From Eledone cirrhosa (Eukaryota), in the NCBI GenBank assembly GCA_964016885.1, contig OZ024742.1:132122001-132186000 (forward strand): a DNA stretch of 64,000 bases. The letters are read 5' to 3'. Positions 11,798-25,041 of this stretch are shown here, in pieces. The notes under the pieces are model-generated. The model did no database searches. It had not been told where the DNA came from and worked only from the letters and a program-made list of their open reading frames with translations. Each line of letters opens with the position of its first letter. The stretch's first letter is position 1. Position numbers and translations under genes: made by a program.

Positions 11798-12724
11798 ATT
11801 TTATGTTGCAATCTTATTTCCAATATTTAAGTTGATATCTGAATTTTATAATTTCAGATTTTAGTGCATAATCAGTGCCTTCACACTTCCTTGTAGCGTA
11901 TCGCGAATTTCATACGGATGGATGGCTTGAACCTAGGATATGTTAGAAGATTTCAAGTGTGTGTAAAGATGGTTGATACAAGCCAGAATCTCATCTGGAA
12001 CTAATTCCATTGTGTATGCTTGCATCGATAAGGAGAACCTCTAAAATGTCAAAATACCTCCTACAAATAGCTGGGAAGTATGTTGCGAAAGGCACAATAG
12101 TGTCATAAAATCACCGATACCCTGTAATACGAATGAGATCATGTTTGAAACCTCTTCAAATATACATATATTTGATCAGGATATTCTGGGGATTAAAAGA
12201 TATGAAGACGTTTGTTGCGCAGTTCTTATGCAGCATAGGATGTCGTTTTGACTCTTGTTTTTGTTTGTTCCTTTTTTTTTTTTTTCGTTGACCTTGTTCC
12301 GCTTCTTATTCTAATCGCATTGGTTTCGCATAGGCCTACTTTTCAGCTGGAAACTTGGGAAATTTGTCTTTCATTTTAGTTATGGCATGGTGTTATTTTA
12401 GATATAGTATATTTACTACAAAATCTAGCAGAGTAAATGACCCCATGATGTAATTATTTCACTAGCTTCTACCTGATGTAGACCAATGAACTACAGCATC
12501 TTTTATATGATTCTGTCACGTGGTTGTTCGCTTATCCGGAGCCAGAAAACTGGCAAATAATATCTTTTCCCTCAAGAATGCAGGTATGGATTTCTTCATT
12601 AAATGGAAATGCTGGAAAAATCAAGTCCTTAAGTAATCGGTAAGAAGGAATGTGAATCGTACAACAATGAATGATCGAATTTATTCAGATAGCTAAATAG
12701 CACAAATGTATGTCTAAATACAAG

Positions 12725-13460
12725 GGATTACATTTTCGACCGCTTCATCCACGTCCTGAAATACATCATATATAACAGCAAGAAACCTGGATAATATATA
12801 GAGAGCCAAAATAATCTCCCTCATGTCTAACGCACTTTACTATTCTCCTCCGCCAAGCCTTCAAGCACTCCATGAATCATTTCCCGAGATTCTCCGCTGC
12901 TCCGTTGTCATGGCCCTCTTGATATCCTGAATAGCCTGTATGCACCTCTCCTTCTGGTCATCATTTAGCAGATTCAGGACCGTCTTTCTACAGATTTTCC
13001 CTTTGCCCAAATCATCGTTGATGATTTTCAAATCACACTCGTAGTTTATACCAGGTTCACTTGTGATCAGTCAAACAATCAGCATCACGAGATCAAGTTT
13101 GTCCTTAGTCCTGTTTGTTGAAAACCTTCCGCTGCTTGGGTCGTTTTCCATGACCGCACGTCCTTTTTGTAGCCTTTTGTGCCATTCATAATCCTGTGAG
13201 AGTGACATCGTTTCATCTCTGTACACTTGAAGCGGTGATTCTGAAGGGATTTTCCCCAGCCGAACCAAAAACTTCAGGTGATTAATTGCTCTCTATCCAT
13301 CGCTCGACGGCCTAAAAACGAGGTCTTAACAAAATCACGTGATAAAACATGGAATGCCTGCAGAGAGATGAGATCGCATTTATATTACGTCACACCGTGA
13401 CGCAACACGCTAATCACTACCCATTCATAGCTCACAAAGTATACTATGTTATTGATCAGA
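12725..13460 (-). mobile_element. Degraded mariner (Tc1/mariner) transposon remnant
   Basis: ORF 13071-13268 (LQVYRDETMS..EWHKRLQKGR..ENDPSSGR) homologous to the mariner N-terminal HTH at 48637-49116. Confidence 0.75.
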
Positions 13461-13551
13461 CTCAACTCATGTGTGTGTATATATACATATATCAACTCAT
13501 CTGTGTGTGTGTATGTGTGTATATATATATATATATATGTGTGTGTTTGTG

Positions 13552-13579
<28 letters not shown>

Positions 13580-13582
<3 letters not shown>

Positions 13583-13720
13583 CAGCGATTCTTTGCGTAA
13601 ACTTTAATCTGCTATTTCTATAAATATTTGCTCTGCGGTCTTTATATATTTTTATATATATATTATCCTTAACTAGCCTTTTTTCAGATTTTAGTGTTCA
13701 CATATATTATTATTACTATA
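13580..13720 (+). mobile_element. 3' terminal fragment of the PLE family at 25.0-26.9 kb
   Basis: cagcgattctttgc.taaactttaatctgctat... shared with 21555-21600, 26835-26880 and rc of 25040-25180. Confidence 0.65.
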
Positions 13721-13728
13721 TATATATA

Positions 13729-13807
<79 letters not shown>

Positions 13808-13811
<4 letters not shown>

Positions 13812-14292
13812 TGTTATACTCGGGGAGGTCATATTGTAATAATATTGCCAGAAATAATAACAGAACACACTCACTCTTTGGTTGGTTTTCGCTTCTGTAT
13901 CTTTTATATCTCCACAGTTAATTCATTCGGTCCTCAATATTTACCATTGACCGACCATCGGTAAAAAATACAGAAATAATATAGATATAAACACATATAT
14001 ATAGTCTAACAAAGTTCTTTCGTTGCACATTAGCAACATCATCAGTGGTACTACCATGTTCCTCCTGTTGTATTGTATATCTACGCCATTTTTAATTTGA
14101 CTGTTTATTTACATGACACTCTGTTATCTCTGTTTGTCGTACCATGAGGTGCCTTTTCCTATCTTATGTTTAGTCCTATGTAAGGTATTCCAAGGTTTGC
14201 TCCTGTATAATGGGCAAATTCCTTTCATGTCCAGTTCTATGAGGGTCTTATACTTCTCCGTGGCTCCTTTGTATACTCTGATTAATTGGACC
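13808..14292 (-). mobile_element. Truncated, internally deleted PLE (pseudo-LTR with HHR plus RT-thumb/linker fragment)
   Basis: IRVYKGATEKYK..GICPLYRSKPWN..SWYD matches IRVYKGARTKWE..GTCPLYRSKFWN..SWYD of ORF 34279-36915; rc HHR CTGATGA tgttgctaatgtgcaac GAAA gaac TT at ~14008-14048. Confidence 0.85.
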
Positions 14293-14492
14293 TTAAATGC
14301 GATATTGTTTGAATTGATATTTGGAAGTAAAATGAGATTTCTTTGTAAAATATACTTGGACAAAGGTGTATTTTAACATTGATGCCTTTCCTATATGTTT
14401 TTATTGATTGTTTAGATTTTTAAATCCCTGAATTCTTTTGTGACTGTCATATTACAATGCTATTATATAATTCTAGTTTTAACTGTAGTAAA

Positions 14493-14715
14493 CAGCAGTG
14501 GATTTGCAGTATCGGTAGAGCACCAGACAACATGCTTCGCAGCAGAGAGTTACGCCCTTTATTTTCTGAGGTCAAATCGCGCCGAGGTTAGAATTGCTTT
14601 TCAACTTTACGGGGTCGATAAAATAAAGCACCAGTTATACACTGGGGTCGATTTAATCGAGGAATTTCCCCTCCCTCAAAGTTGCTGGCCTTGTGCCTAT
14701 AGTAGAAACAATTAA
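14493..14715 (+). mobile_element. SINE family A, long variant
   Basis: Consensus plus extra ctggggtcgatttaatcga...ccctcaaa segment; imperfect TSD ttaa(c/t)tgtagt. Confidence 0.85.
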
Positions 14716-15967
14716 TTGTAGTGTACGTGCCTTCTTGATGAAGATATTAACGTTAATGTTGATATTTTTGTGCTTGTGTGTATAGATATATATTTATTAA
14801 CGGATACAGCTACAACAACATCATTTAGACACTATTGTATAAAGATAAGTGATGTTTGGTTTGTGTTTATTTTCAGTGAATTTTATAATCATTCCAGCTG
14901 TTCTTATTTTGTTTACTTTTTCGATACATTTCTCATGGCTGTTTAAGTCGTTACGTACTTTTCGTCCTCCAAGTAAGTCCCCTTTTACTTTGAAAATCCA
15001 AAGTATGTTATGAACCATATTTTCTTCATTAATGCAAAGGTTTCTGTTTATGCTAATTTGGGGTCTCATTTTTCCAGGTTTCAGTTATTGATATAATTTC
15101 AATGTAATAGAAATTTCTCCGTCAAATGCACTATCACAGCTATCATCACCAACACCTCCATCTTCCATCTGGTTAATGTTCCACTATTGTTACTCTTGGT
15201 AGTGTTGCTACTTGTTTTATTGTAATGTTTTTGTCTAGCGTGCTTCTCTACAACTCTTGTTTATTTACTTTGCTGCTGCTGTTGGTTTTGCTGCTATTGA
15301 AGTCGATGTTGTTGTTCTACAGTTAATTGTGATTATTTTATGCGGATTCATTCCATAGTGTAGTCATTTTATTTACAAAATTTATCTCAGCTGCTCGCTT
15401 AGAAACCAAAACCTCCAGCATAAAAGCGCATGAATCATGATAAAAACAGCATAAAATCAAAAAAATCAAAAGCAAAGATGAGAAATCAAAATTCTGAAAC
15501 AAAATAAATAAAATATAAACAAAATAAAGGGAGAACAAAATTGAAAATACAAATAAACAAGCAAAGCAAATATGATCTTTTCATCATTCTATTGTTGATA
15601 AAGATGACAAGAATCTGTTTGCTAAATAAATATTTCGTCAAATAATCAACCAAATTGAAATGAACGAAGATATCTTTGGGCCACCATATTTTTTTTGTAT
15701 ATATGTATAAGTGTGTATGTGTATAAGGGAAGTATTATTTAGTATTTCACTGGAATTCTGAATACTGCAGCTTTTTGACATTTTTCTTATTTTCTATCAT
15801 CTTTACTTCCTTTAAATCCACATTTTCCGCCCTTTGGCTAAAGGGTTTCTATTTCATTTCAAGTGGGTGTATAATAATAATAATAAAAGTAATAATAATA
15901 ACAACAACAACAACAACAACAACAACAATAATAGTAATAATAATAATAGTAATAATAATAATAATAT

Positions 15968-16250
15968 TAAAGGACTTAAAGTGGGAGGTAAAAAGGATTT
16001 GGAACTGCCATGAAGTCAAAGTGGTCCCGATTGTCATAGGCGCACTAGGTATTATCTCAAAAGGTTTCCAGGGATGGTTAAAGAAAATTGGCCCCGCCCC
16101 GCTTTTTAGAACACTTCAAAAGGCATGCTTGCTGGGAACAACAAGAACCCTCCGTACGTCCTGAATATCTGAGGCTGCAGGTAGAGACTTGATAGTCATT
16201 TCAACAAACTTTCCAGTTAAATAACATCAATGACTGAGACTGAAAGAATA
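15968..16250 (+). mobile_element. 5'-truncated R4/Dong-like non-LTR retrotransposon 3' end (restriction-like endonuclease C-terminus)
   Basis: DLKWEVKRIW..VVPIVIGALG..LQKACLLGT..LR motif; flanked on both sides by (TAA)n. Confidence 0.8.
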
Positions 16251-16368
16251 ATAATAATAATAATATTATTATTATGTGTTTATGCTAGTTGTCATCATCA
16301 TTCACATCATCATGATAATCAACAACATCCATATAATCCTCCAGATCATGACCATGATCATTATTATT

Positions 16369-16400
<32 letters not shown>

Positions 16401-16582
16401 AATCATAATCCTTATCATTATCATCCTGCTCATTATCATGATAATCAGCAACATCAAAATAATTATCATGATCTTATCTTAATCCCGATCATGTTCACGA
16501 TTACCATCATAATCATCACAATCGTTATATCTATTATTATATGTTTAGATATCCTTATTTAGACTATTATTATAATATTTAA

Positions 16583-16770
16583 ATGTGGATTGTCAGTATC
16601 GGTAGAGGATCGGACATCATGCTTTGACGCATAGAGTTACGGCCCTTTCCATTCTGATTTCAAATCCCGCCGAGGTCAACTTTGCCTTTCATCCTTACGC
16701 GGTCGATAAAATAAAGTACCAGTAATGTAGTGGGTAATTGCTGGCCTTGTGCCAAAAAGTAGAAATAATT
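16583..16770 (+). mobile_element. SINE family A
   Basis: Consensus match; TSD attataatatttaaa. Confidence 0.88.
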
Positions 16771-16924
16771 ATAATATTTAAAGGTGTTGTTCTTGTTACA
16801 GTTGTTTGTTCTTGTTACAGTTGTTTGTTCCTATACTGCTGTACATATTGTTTTTTATCTGATATCCTTTTCTCTTAAAATCTTTCCTTTGTACCATTGA
16901 AAATGTGTATGAAATATGCTTCCC

Positions 16925-17800
16925 AACATCACCACTACCTCCAACAGCAGCAGCATACCACCACCACCACCACCACCACGACGACCACCACCTCCTCCAT
17001 TACTACCACCATCAGCAATATCACCACCATCACCACCTCCTCCAACAGCAGCAGCAGCACCAACACCACCATCACCAACTCCAGCAGCAGCACTATCACC
17101 ACCACTAGCACCACCATCACCATCACCATCACCACCACCACCACCACCACTACAGCCACAACCACCATGACCTCCACCACCACCACCTCCAACAGCAGCA
17201 GCAACATACTACCACCCCCACAACCACCACCACCACCACCAACACCTACACCATCACTACCACCATCAGCACTATCACCACCATCACCACCACCTCCAAC
17301 AGTAGCAGCAGCACCAACACCACCATCACCAACTCCATCAGCAGCACCGTCACCAACACTACCATCACCACCACCTCCACCACCACTACCACCACCACAG
17401 CCACCACAACCACCCCCACCTCCACCATCACTACCACCATCAGCACATTCACCACCATCACCACCACCTCCAACAGCGGCACAACCACCAGCACCAACAA
17501 CTCCAATAGCAGCTGCAGCAACACTACCATCACCAACACCTCCAACAGAAGCAGCCCCACCACAACCGCCACCACCATCACCACCGCCTCCAACAGCAGC
17601 AGCAGCTGCACCACCACCAACAACGACTTCAACAGTAGCAGCAGCACCACCACCACCACTACCACTACCATCACCACCAGCACCAGCACCACCACCACCA
17701 CCACCAGCAGCACCACCACCACCACCGCCGTCACCATCACCACCAGCTCCCTCCCCCGCCTCCACCACTACCACCACCATCACCACCAGCATCACCAGTG
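16925..17800. repeat. Compound (CAC/CAT/CAG)n trinucleotide low-complexity tract
   Basis: Degenerate CAC-based triplets with internal higher-order duplication; abuts a SINE tail fragment at 17805-17850. Confidence 0.85.
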
Positions 17801-17981
17801 ATACACTGTGTTAATTGCTGGCCCTGTGCCAAAAAGTAGAAACAATTATTATAACTGATATAAAACTGATCTATATTATATTTTATCTGATGAAAGCGCA
17901 CCATAATGTGCTTTGGTGTCCTTGAAATATGTATAAAGAAATAAATATGGTTTTATAAATATAGTTTCCATGTATTAATAT

Positions 17982-18128
<147 letters not shown>

Positions 18129-18131
18129 ATA

Positions 18132-18179
<48 letters not shown>

Positions 18180-18182
<3 letters not shown>

Positions 18183-18420
18183 GAAATAACAGTAGGCTGG
18201 ACTGGTGTAAATCCTTGAAATGTTTATTATACTATGATCATTTCAATGACCGGGTTCCATATGAATCCGGTGATATCATCAGGTATTGGAATATAACAAA
18301 GGAATATGTAAAAAGCCAAGGGTCCGAAAAACCATGGGTCCGGGAAACCAGAGACAGAAAGGGCGGCTGACCAACTAGCTTCACAGCCAGCCGCCCTCAA
18401 AGTGTTGGCAACCGAAAACT
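18180..18420 (-). mobile_element. Solo copy of the HHR-bearing repeat of the 22.5-25.0 kb element; intact HHR at 18229-18286
   Basis: rc: atac CTGATGA tatcaccggattcatatggaacccggtcatt GAAA tgatca TA gtat aataaa; palindromic ATGATCAT. Confidence 0.85.
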
Positions 18421-19748
18421 GTATGTATATATATATATATATACATACAGTTTCCCAACACTCCGAAAACGCCTTGTATTTATTCATCTAGGTTTTCTTT
18501 CAGGTTATTATATTCTTCATTTCTTTACATTCCCATTGCATTCTTAAATCGTTTCTGCTTACAAATGATTTTTATGTAGAAGCTCTGTTTGTGAATGTTT
18601 TAGTTTTTTTGTTTATTTTGATCTATATTTGTTTTATGTTGAACTTTATTTGTTTTATTTTATTATATTTTTTTTATTTAGTATATTGAATATAAAAATC
18701 TTTATATTCCTTTATAGAAAGATTGTTATAAATTATTTTCATTTGTTTGTTTCAATATTGCTATATTGCAGTTATGGTGGTTGTAGTTATTGCCCTTCAT
18801 TTTCTGCTTGTCGTCGTCGTCGTTGTTGTTGTTGTTGTTGTTACTATTACTAATAAATAATAATAAATAATAAATCAGTATTAAAATTATTATAACTATT
18901 ATTTATTGTAACAGTTATTCAAATTATTATTATGTTATTATTAACATTATCATTATTATTACTACCAATATTATTATTATTTCTGTTATTTTCGTTGTTA
19001 TTAATGTTGGTGTTGTATCTATTGCTTTTAAAGCTTTTATTATTATTTTTACCATCAGTATCATTAACACGATCATCATCATCATCAATATCATCTTTAT
19101 TATCATTATTATTGTCATTATTATTAATGTGTGTTTTGTCCAGTGGGTAATTTATTCGGTGTGTACATTAATCACTATGTACTTTATTTCAGTGTGTACC
19201 TCGTCTATTTGTTTAACTTCTCGTACGTATCTTCTATTTTTCCTTGCCAAATTTAATAAATCTATCGCTTTTATTCTTTCTTCATATAAGATAAATAACA
19301 ATGTAGCCTTAGTCATTCTACTTGATGCTCTCTTTCTCTTTCTTCCTCCCCCTCTCCCTCTCACTTTCTCGCTATACCTTCTCTGTCCATTTTACTATTG
19401 TTTCTTTTCTCTAAATCATTTACTTTCTCAACCCGCGAACATGCATATGCATCGAATCATTTACAATCGGAAACAACGTTCGCACACAAACACCCGCAGT
19501 ATAACACCCACTCTTTTACATACATATAAAGACAAATATAAAAGTTTGTGCATATTTGGTTTTCGTATTATACCTTATCTCATTTTCACAAACGTTTATT
19601 TTAATACAACTCGGATTATTTAATGGGCAAACATGAAATAAAGCGGAAGGACTTTCCAATAGTATTTTCTCACCACATTTCACAATTCCTACCTCATTCC
19701 CTCTTGCCCCAATCTCTGTCTCCTCTCCACACTACCTCGCTCGTTATA

Positions 19749-19908
<160 letters not shown>

Positions 19909-19921
19909 TTATATATATATT

Positions 19922-20033
<112 letters not shown>

Positions 20034-21432
20034 TATATAGTTTTATGTCACCATATACTCCACATACTTCTTTTTGATTCTCATCTTTCCTTTACATTTC
20101 TTATCATCTTATCTTTAACTGTATGTCTAAAGATATGTTAGCACATTTCAGTTGGAGGCAGTTTGATATGGTGTGTAAATTTCTCCTGGCAAGAGATGAG
20201 ATAATCTTCACAAAGATATTATTCAAACAATTATAAACGAAAGAATAAACAACCCTAAGCTTCAATAGCAGATGAACCAAGCTCGGCAATGTGTGATATT
20301 GAATTTATCATACCATCCCCGACATCACAACATTCATTTTGCTTCCATATTATTTCTTTATTTATATGATGTTTTGTAACTGGTTATTTAATTTGCACTT
20401 GTTTGATTTTCTATTTCAGAGAAAACGATGGCCAAATCATATGGAACTATTGATCATTCAAATGAATGTGAAAGCTTTCTGGTAAAAAAAAAACTTAGGT
20501 ATACGTAGACAGTTAGATAGATATGTAAACAATATTCTGCTCGATCAGTTGATATGAAATATTGCTGTCTTATTCATAGAGTATTATATTGAATATTGTT
20601 CCTGATTGATAGATTTGTATAGTATAAGATTTAAGCATTTGTTAGATAACATTTCTCTTCAATAGAAACAAGGAGAGATTTATGTGTAGCACATTGATAC
20701 CTATTTTACTATAATGATTTCCAACATTAGAATATACGTGTAATAATAACGGTATAGCGTAGTAATTACTCAGCAGGAGGGCTTGTGTGCTTTCATCCAT
20801 TATCGACTTCAGAAAAGTGCGGCGTGAATTCAGAAATAAAAGAACGCCGTTAAATGCCACAAAGTATTTATTCCGTCACCCTCACTATTTTTCAAAAAGC
20901 TACACTCCTCTCATCTATTTCTACTTACATAAACTATGAGAATGTGTGGTTCATTCTACAAAGTGATTATTGCTGTAGCTATAGTTAATCCAATAAATTT
21001 AGACTAAAATATAATAAATTGAAATTTCACGGATGCCATTATGTATGTGTGTGTGTGTATGTATGTATGTATATACTCCGATATAAAACCTGCGGCCCGG
21101 TAGTTACCGATGATGTTGATCTTTTCTTCTTTTCGGTTTATAGCTACTGTCGCTCAGAGAGTGGGATTGGCTCAGTGCACAGTCTTTCGTCACTTTAAAA
21201 AATATCTTCACGCATAGGCATTGCAGGATAGAATTAATTAACAATTATTATAATGGTATATCGTGCAATGGCCATACTCGATAACGAGGAGGCAGCCATC
21301 ATGTATGTATGTACACACACGCACACACGCACACACGCACACACACACCCACACACACATATATATATATATTTAAATTGCTTCTACAGGACTATATATA
21401 CCTGGGATATACACACACACACATATATAGTA

Positions 21433-21600
21433 ATAATAAAAAATTTGAAGACTAAAATCCAAAGAGGGCTCGATAAGGATAAATATATATCAAATATATA
21501 AGAACCGTAGAGCAAATATTTATTTGAGTTTCAGAAGATCCCGTTAAGGGTGAAAGCAGCGATTCTTTGCTTAAACTTTAATCTGTTATTTTAATAAATA
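21433..21600. mobile_element. Rearranged terminal fragments of the PLE family at 25.0-26.9 kb
   Basis: 21433-21522 matches 25040-25142; 21527-21600 matches 26806-26880. Confidence 0.7.
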
Positions 21601-21763
21601 AATATATATATATATATATGTATAGTTGTTATATAGTAAGATGTATTATTGGTTGTGTCAAACGGTCCAATACATTTTTGTTAGCAATATTAAGTTCTCC
21701 ACTCATTTGTATATCTTCAATTCCATTTATGGGAACAGCTAGATGATATAAAACTGAGTATTT

Positions 21764-22453
21764 GTATCAAAATAAAGATCCGAAGGCATGGTATAAATTT
21801 CCAATCATTTTAATCACGACACGTGTTTCAATAAAAGATAGGTCGATCATGTAGCCATGATCGATTATCACTGATTTCGTCAGGTGAAAATGAATTGTCC
21901 TCAAATCCTTGATATGAGAGAGAAAATTAACGATGTTCACTCACAGAGTTTAGTCCCTCATACGAAGATCAAGCAGTCAAAACACGGCGACTGCTATCGT
22001 CTTCAGTTAGGGTCATAAAACTATCAAGTCTATCTCCCAATAGCTGTAAAAGACGCTCAACATTATTCAAATCTGTAGAATTACAGTCGGTCACAGTTAA
22101 TGTGAGTGGGTACACACACACCTACACACACCGAAACGAGGTCAAAGATTTGATTGATGTCCAGCGTCTTTTACAGCTATTAGGAGATAGAGACTTGATA
22201 GTTTTATGACCCTAACTAAAGACAATAGCAGTCGCCGTGTTTTGACTGCTTGATCTCCATATAAAAGACTAAACTCTGTGAGTGAACATTAATTTTCTCC
22301 CTCATATCAAGGATTTGAAGACAATTCATTTTCACCTGACGAGATCAGTGATAATCGATCTTGGCTACACGATCGATCTATCTCTTATTTAAACATGTGT
22401 CGTGATTAAAATTATTGGAGATTTATGCCATTCCTTCGGATCTTTATTTTGAT
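21764..22453. repeat. ~290-bp inverted repeat (21764-22056 / 22164-22453), each arm with a hammerhead motif
   Basis: Minus-strand HHR 21814-21887: tcac CTGACGA ... GAAA cacgtg TC gtga (palindromic ACACGTGT); plus-strand copy 22332-22405 has GAAA mutated to TAAA. Confidence 0.85.
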
Positions 22454-22460
22454 ATATATA

Positions 22461-24971
22461 TCTGTAAGTTCATTAAATAAATCTCGCTACCTTAACCTGT
22501 AATTTTCTAATAATTTTTTAATTTTTAAATTTATTTTTCAATTTATTATTGTTTAATTTAATTTCATCCTATAACTTGTAACATAAGTTTAACGTTCAAT
22601 TTTCTGTTCACACATTAGACCATACAGACACCCATTATATATGCCTTTGTTAAAATATAGATTATTTGGAATAACATTTTTCGCGGCGCTTTCTAGCACG
22701 ACCGTAGTGTGACCCTTACGCTGACTTTTTACTTTTTCTTCTTTCTTCTTTCTTTTTTTCTTCCTCTTTTTTATTCTTTGACGGAGAGGTGGTAGTACAT
22801 TATAAACCTTCGCCCCCTCACCGATGGTCATTAGCAGACCGAGTAGCCATCACTTTGAGGGCGACTAGCCAAGGTGAAGGCAGCTAGTTGGTCACTCGTC
22901 CTCTCTGTCTCTGATTTTTCGGACCCATGGTTTTTACATATTCCTTCGTTATATTTCGAATACCTGATATCACCGGATTCATATGGAACCCGGTCATTTA
23001 TATGATCATAGTATAATAAACCCTTCAAGGATTTATCCAGTCCAGCCTCCTGTTATTTTATTTATAATTAACTCCGTATTCGCACCACCAACTACACAAA
23101 CGAAGACGGGTGAACTGCACTACGTTGATTACTCTCCACAATATTACACCAAGATTGACCATACGGAATGAGAAATTCTATCCAGTAGTGAACCAACAAA
23201 CCTAAAGAAATAATGCTCCAATAAAGTTGAGCACTTCCAGATGTAATATTGAACAGCAGCACTGACTTCAGTGTACAGATATCACCAGCATAGGATTAAC
23301 TGATCTACTTACCATTCGGATTTTGGCTGCTCTGTGCTTTGTCTACCGCCCACCCGATGCTGCTTCCTTGTCGGGAATATTCGGATTCCGACAAAATATG
23401 TATTGTATTGACTGAATTCTCTACTCTATACCTCAGGACTTTTTTGTGACTCACACTGAATTCGGAGACCCGAAATTTACACTAGATACCACCTGTTACC
23501 ATTCCATCTCTTCCATCCTCTATATCTATAAGTACAACCTGTATTATCCTACTGCAACTTGATCTATATTGTATTTCCCCTTTGCTCTGATTCCGCCGAT
23601 ATGTTCTTATATACTTCCGTCTTACGACATCACTACTCTAGCTATGAAGGCGTTTTATTTATGTATTTTACTTTTTACTTTTATTAGTTTATTAATGTAT
23701 TTTTATCAATGCATTCTTTATCTTTGTATTGTATCTTTGTATCCTGCTTTTATTTATTTGTGACTTTCTTTACTTAGGTCATTATGCACCTTTCATAGCG
23801 CCTACACACAAAAGAACCACACTACTTATAACCCGGACTAACTGGCACTTTAAAATATTTACAGTCTATTTGCACTTTTCATTGGGTTTTGCTACCTTCG
23901 ACTGATGTGGTGGATGTTCCCGGCTGCGCGCCTAGCGCTCGGACAGTTCAGCCTTCCTTGAGTGCTTGGTAAAATAAATTTCCCCTCTTTCGTTAAACGA
24001 AATTACTTGGAGCGGAGCTTTGCCCCGGGCCCGCCGCGCCACCTGTTTTGACAGCGATATTATACTTATACCTATAAACTCCAGGCTTAGACATAACTGT
24101 TAGCTGTATCATGCCTCTACTGGCACGTAAATAAACCCCTCATGTGTGAACTAATAGTACTCGTTTGGTATAGACGATGGCCTGTCGAAGTTGTAGACTT
24201 CCCGCTAGCACGCTCGAAGCCTTAGGCAGCTACGTTCCTAGAGTACTCGGAAAGATTAATTTCCATTTCTTTCGCTGGACGATACCACTCGAAACTGGCT
24301 TACACGTGGTTAGGAGGTGCTGGCTGGGATTCACAATCGAGGGGTCTAATCTTTAATCTATTATCCCACCCTGATATCTTATCGAGATTAACTTTTTCAT
24401 ATAAGACTCTCTCTGTATGTTCATTAAATAAATCTCGCTACCTTAACCTTTAATTTTCTAATAATTTTTTTATTTTTTTTATTTAATTTCATTCTATAAC
24501 TTGTAACATAAGTTTAACGTTCCAATTTTACAGATTAGACTATACAGACACCCATTATATATTCCTTTGTTAAAATATAGATTCTTTGGAATAACATTTT
24601 TCGCGGTGTTTTCTAGCATGGCTGTAGTGTGACCGTTACGCTGGATTTTTTCTTCTTTTCTTCTTTCTTCTTTCTTCCCCTTTTTTATTCTTTGACGGAG
24701 AGGTGGTAGTACATTATAAGCCTTCGCCCTCACCAGATGGTCATTAGCAGACCGAGTAGCCATCACTTTGAGGGCGACGTGGCCGAGGTGAAGGCAGCTA
24801 GTTGGTCAGTCGTCCTCTCTGTCTCTGATTTTTCGGACCAATGGTTTTTACATATTCCTTTGTTATATTTCGAATACCTGATGATATCACCGGATTCATA
24901 TGGAACCCGCTCATTGAAATGCTCATTGTATAATAAAACTTTTAACAATTTACACCAGTCCAGCCTCCTGT

Positions 24972-24979
<8 letters not shown>
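22461..24979 (+). mobile_element. Non-coding element with ~570-600-bp HHR-containing direct repeats (22461-23061, 24412-24979) flanking ~1.35 kb
   Basis: Repeats align along their length; 3' repeat HHR 24874-24931 has an intact core; 5' copy 22960-23014 is degenerate; ends in (TA)n. Confidence 0.75.

Positions 24980-25038
<59 letters not shown>

Positions 25039-25041
<3 letters not shown>

Noticed and set aside
16897-17814. 305-aa Pro/Thr-rich extensin- or formin-like ORF
   Set aside because: Pure CAC-family triplet repeat, open on both strands, with no domain or splice context
17885-17937. CTGATGA...GAAA hammerhead candidate
   Set aside because: Stem I cannot be closed next to a valid NUH; at best a decayed copy
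20420-20481. Possible exon (AG..MAKSYGTIDHSNECESFL..GT)
   Set aside because: Splice-like signals only; no recognisable protein or partner exons
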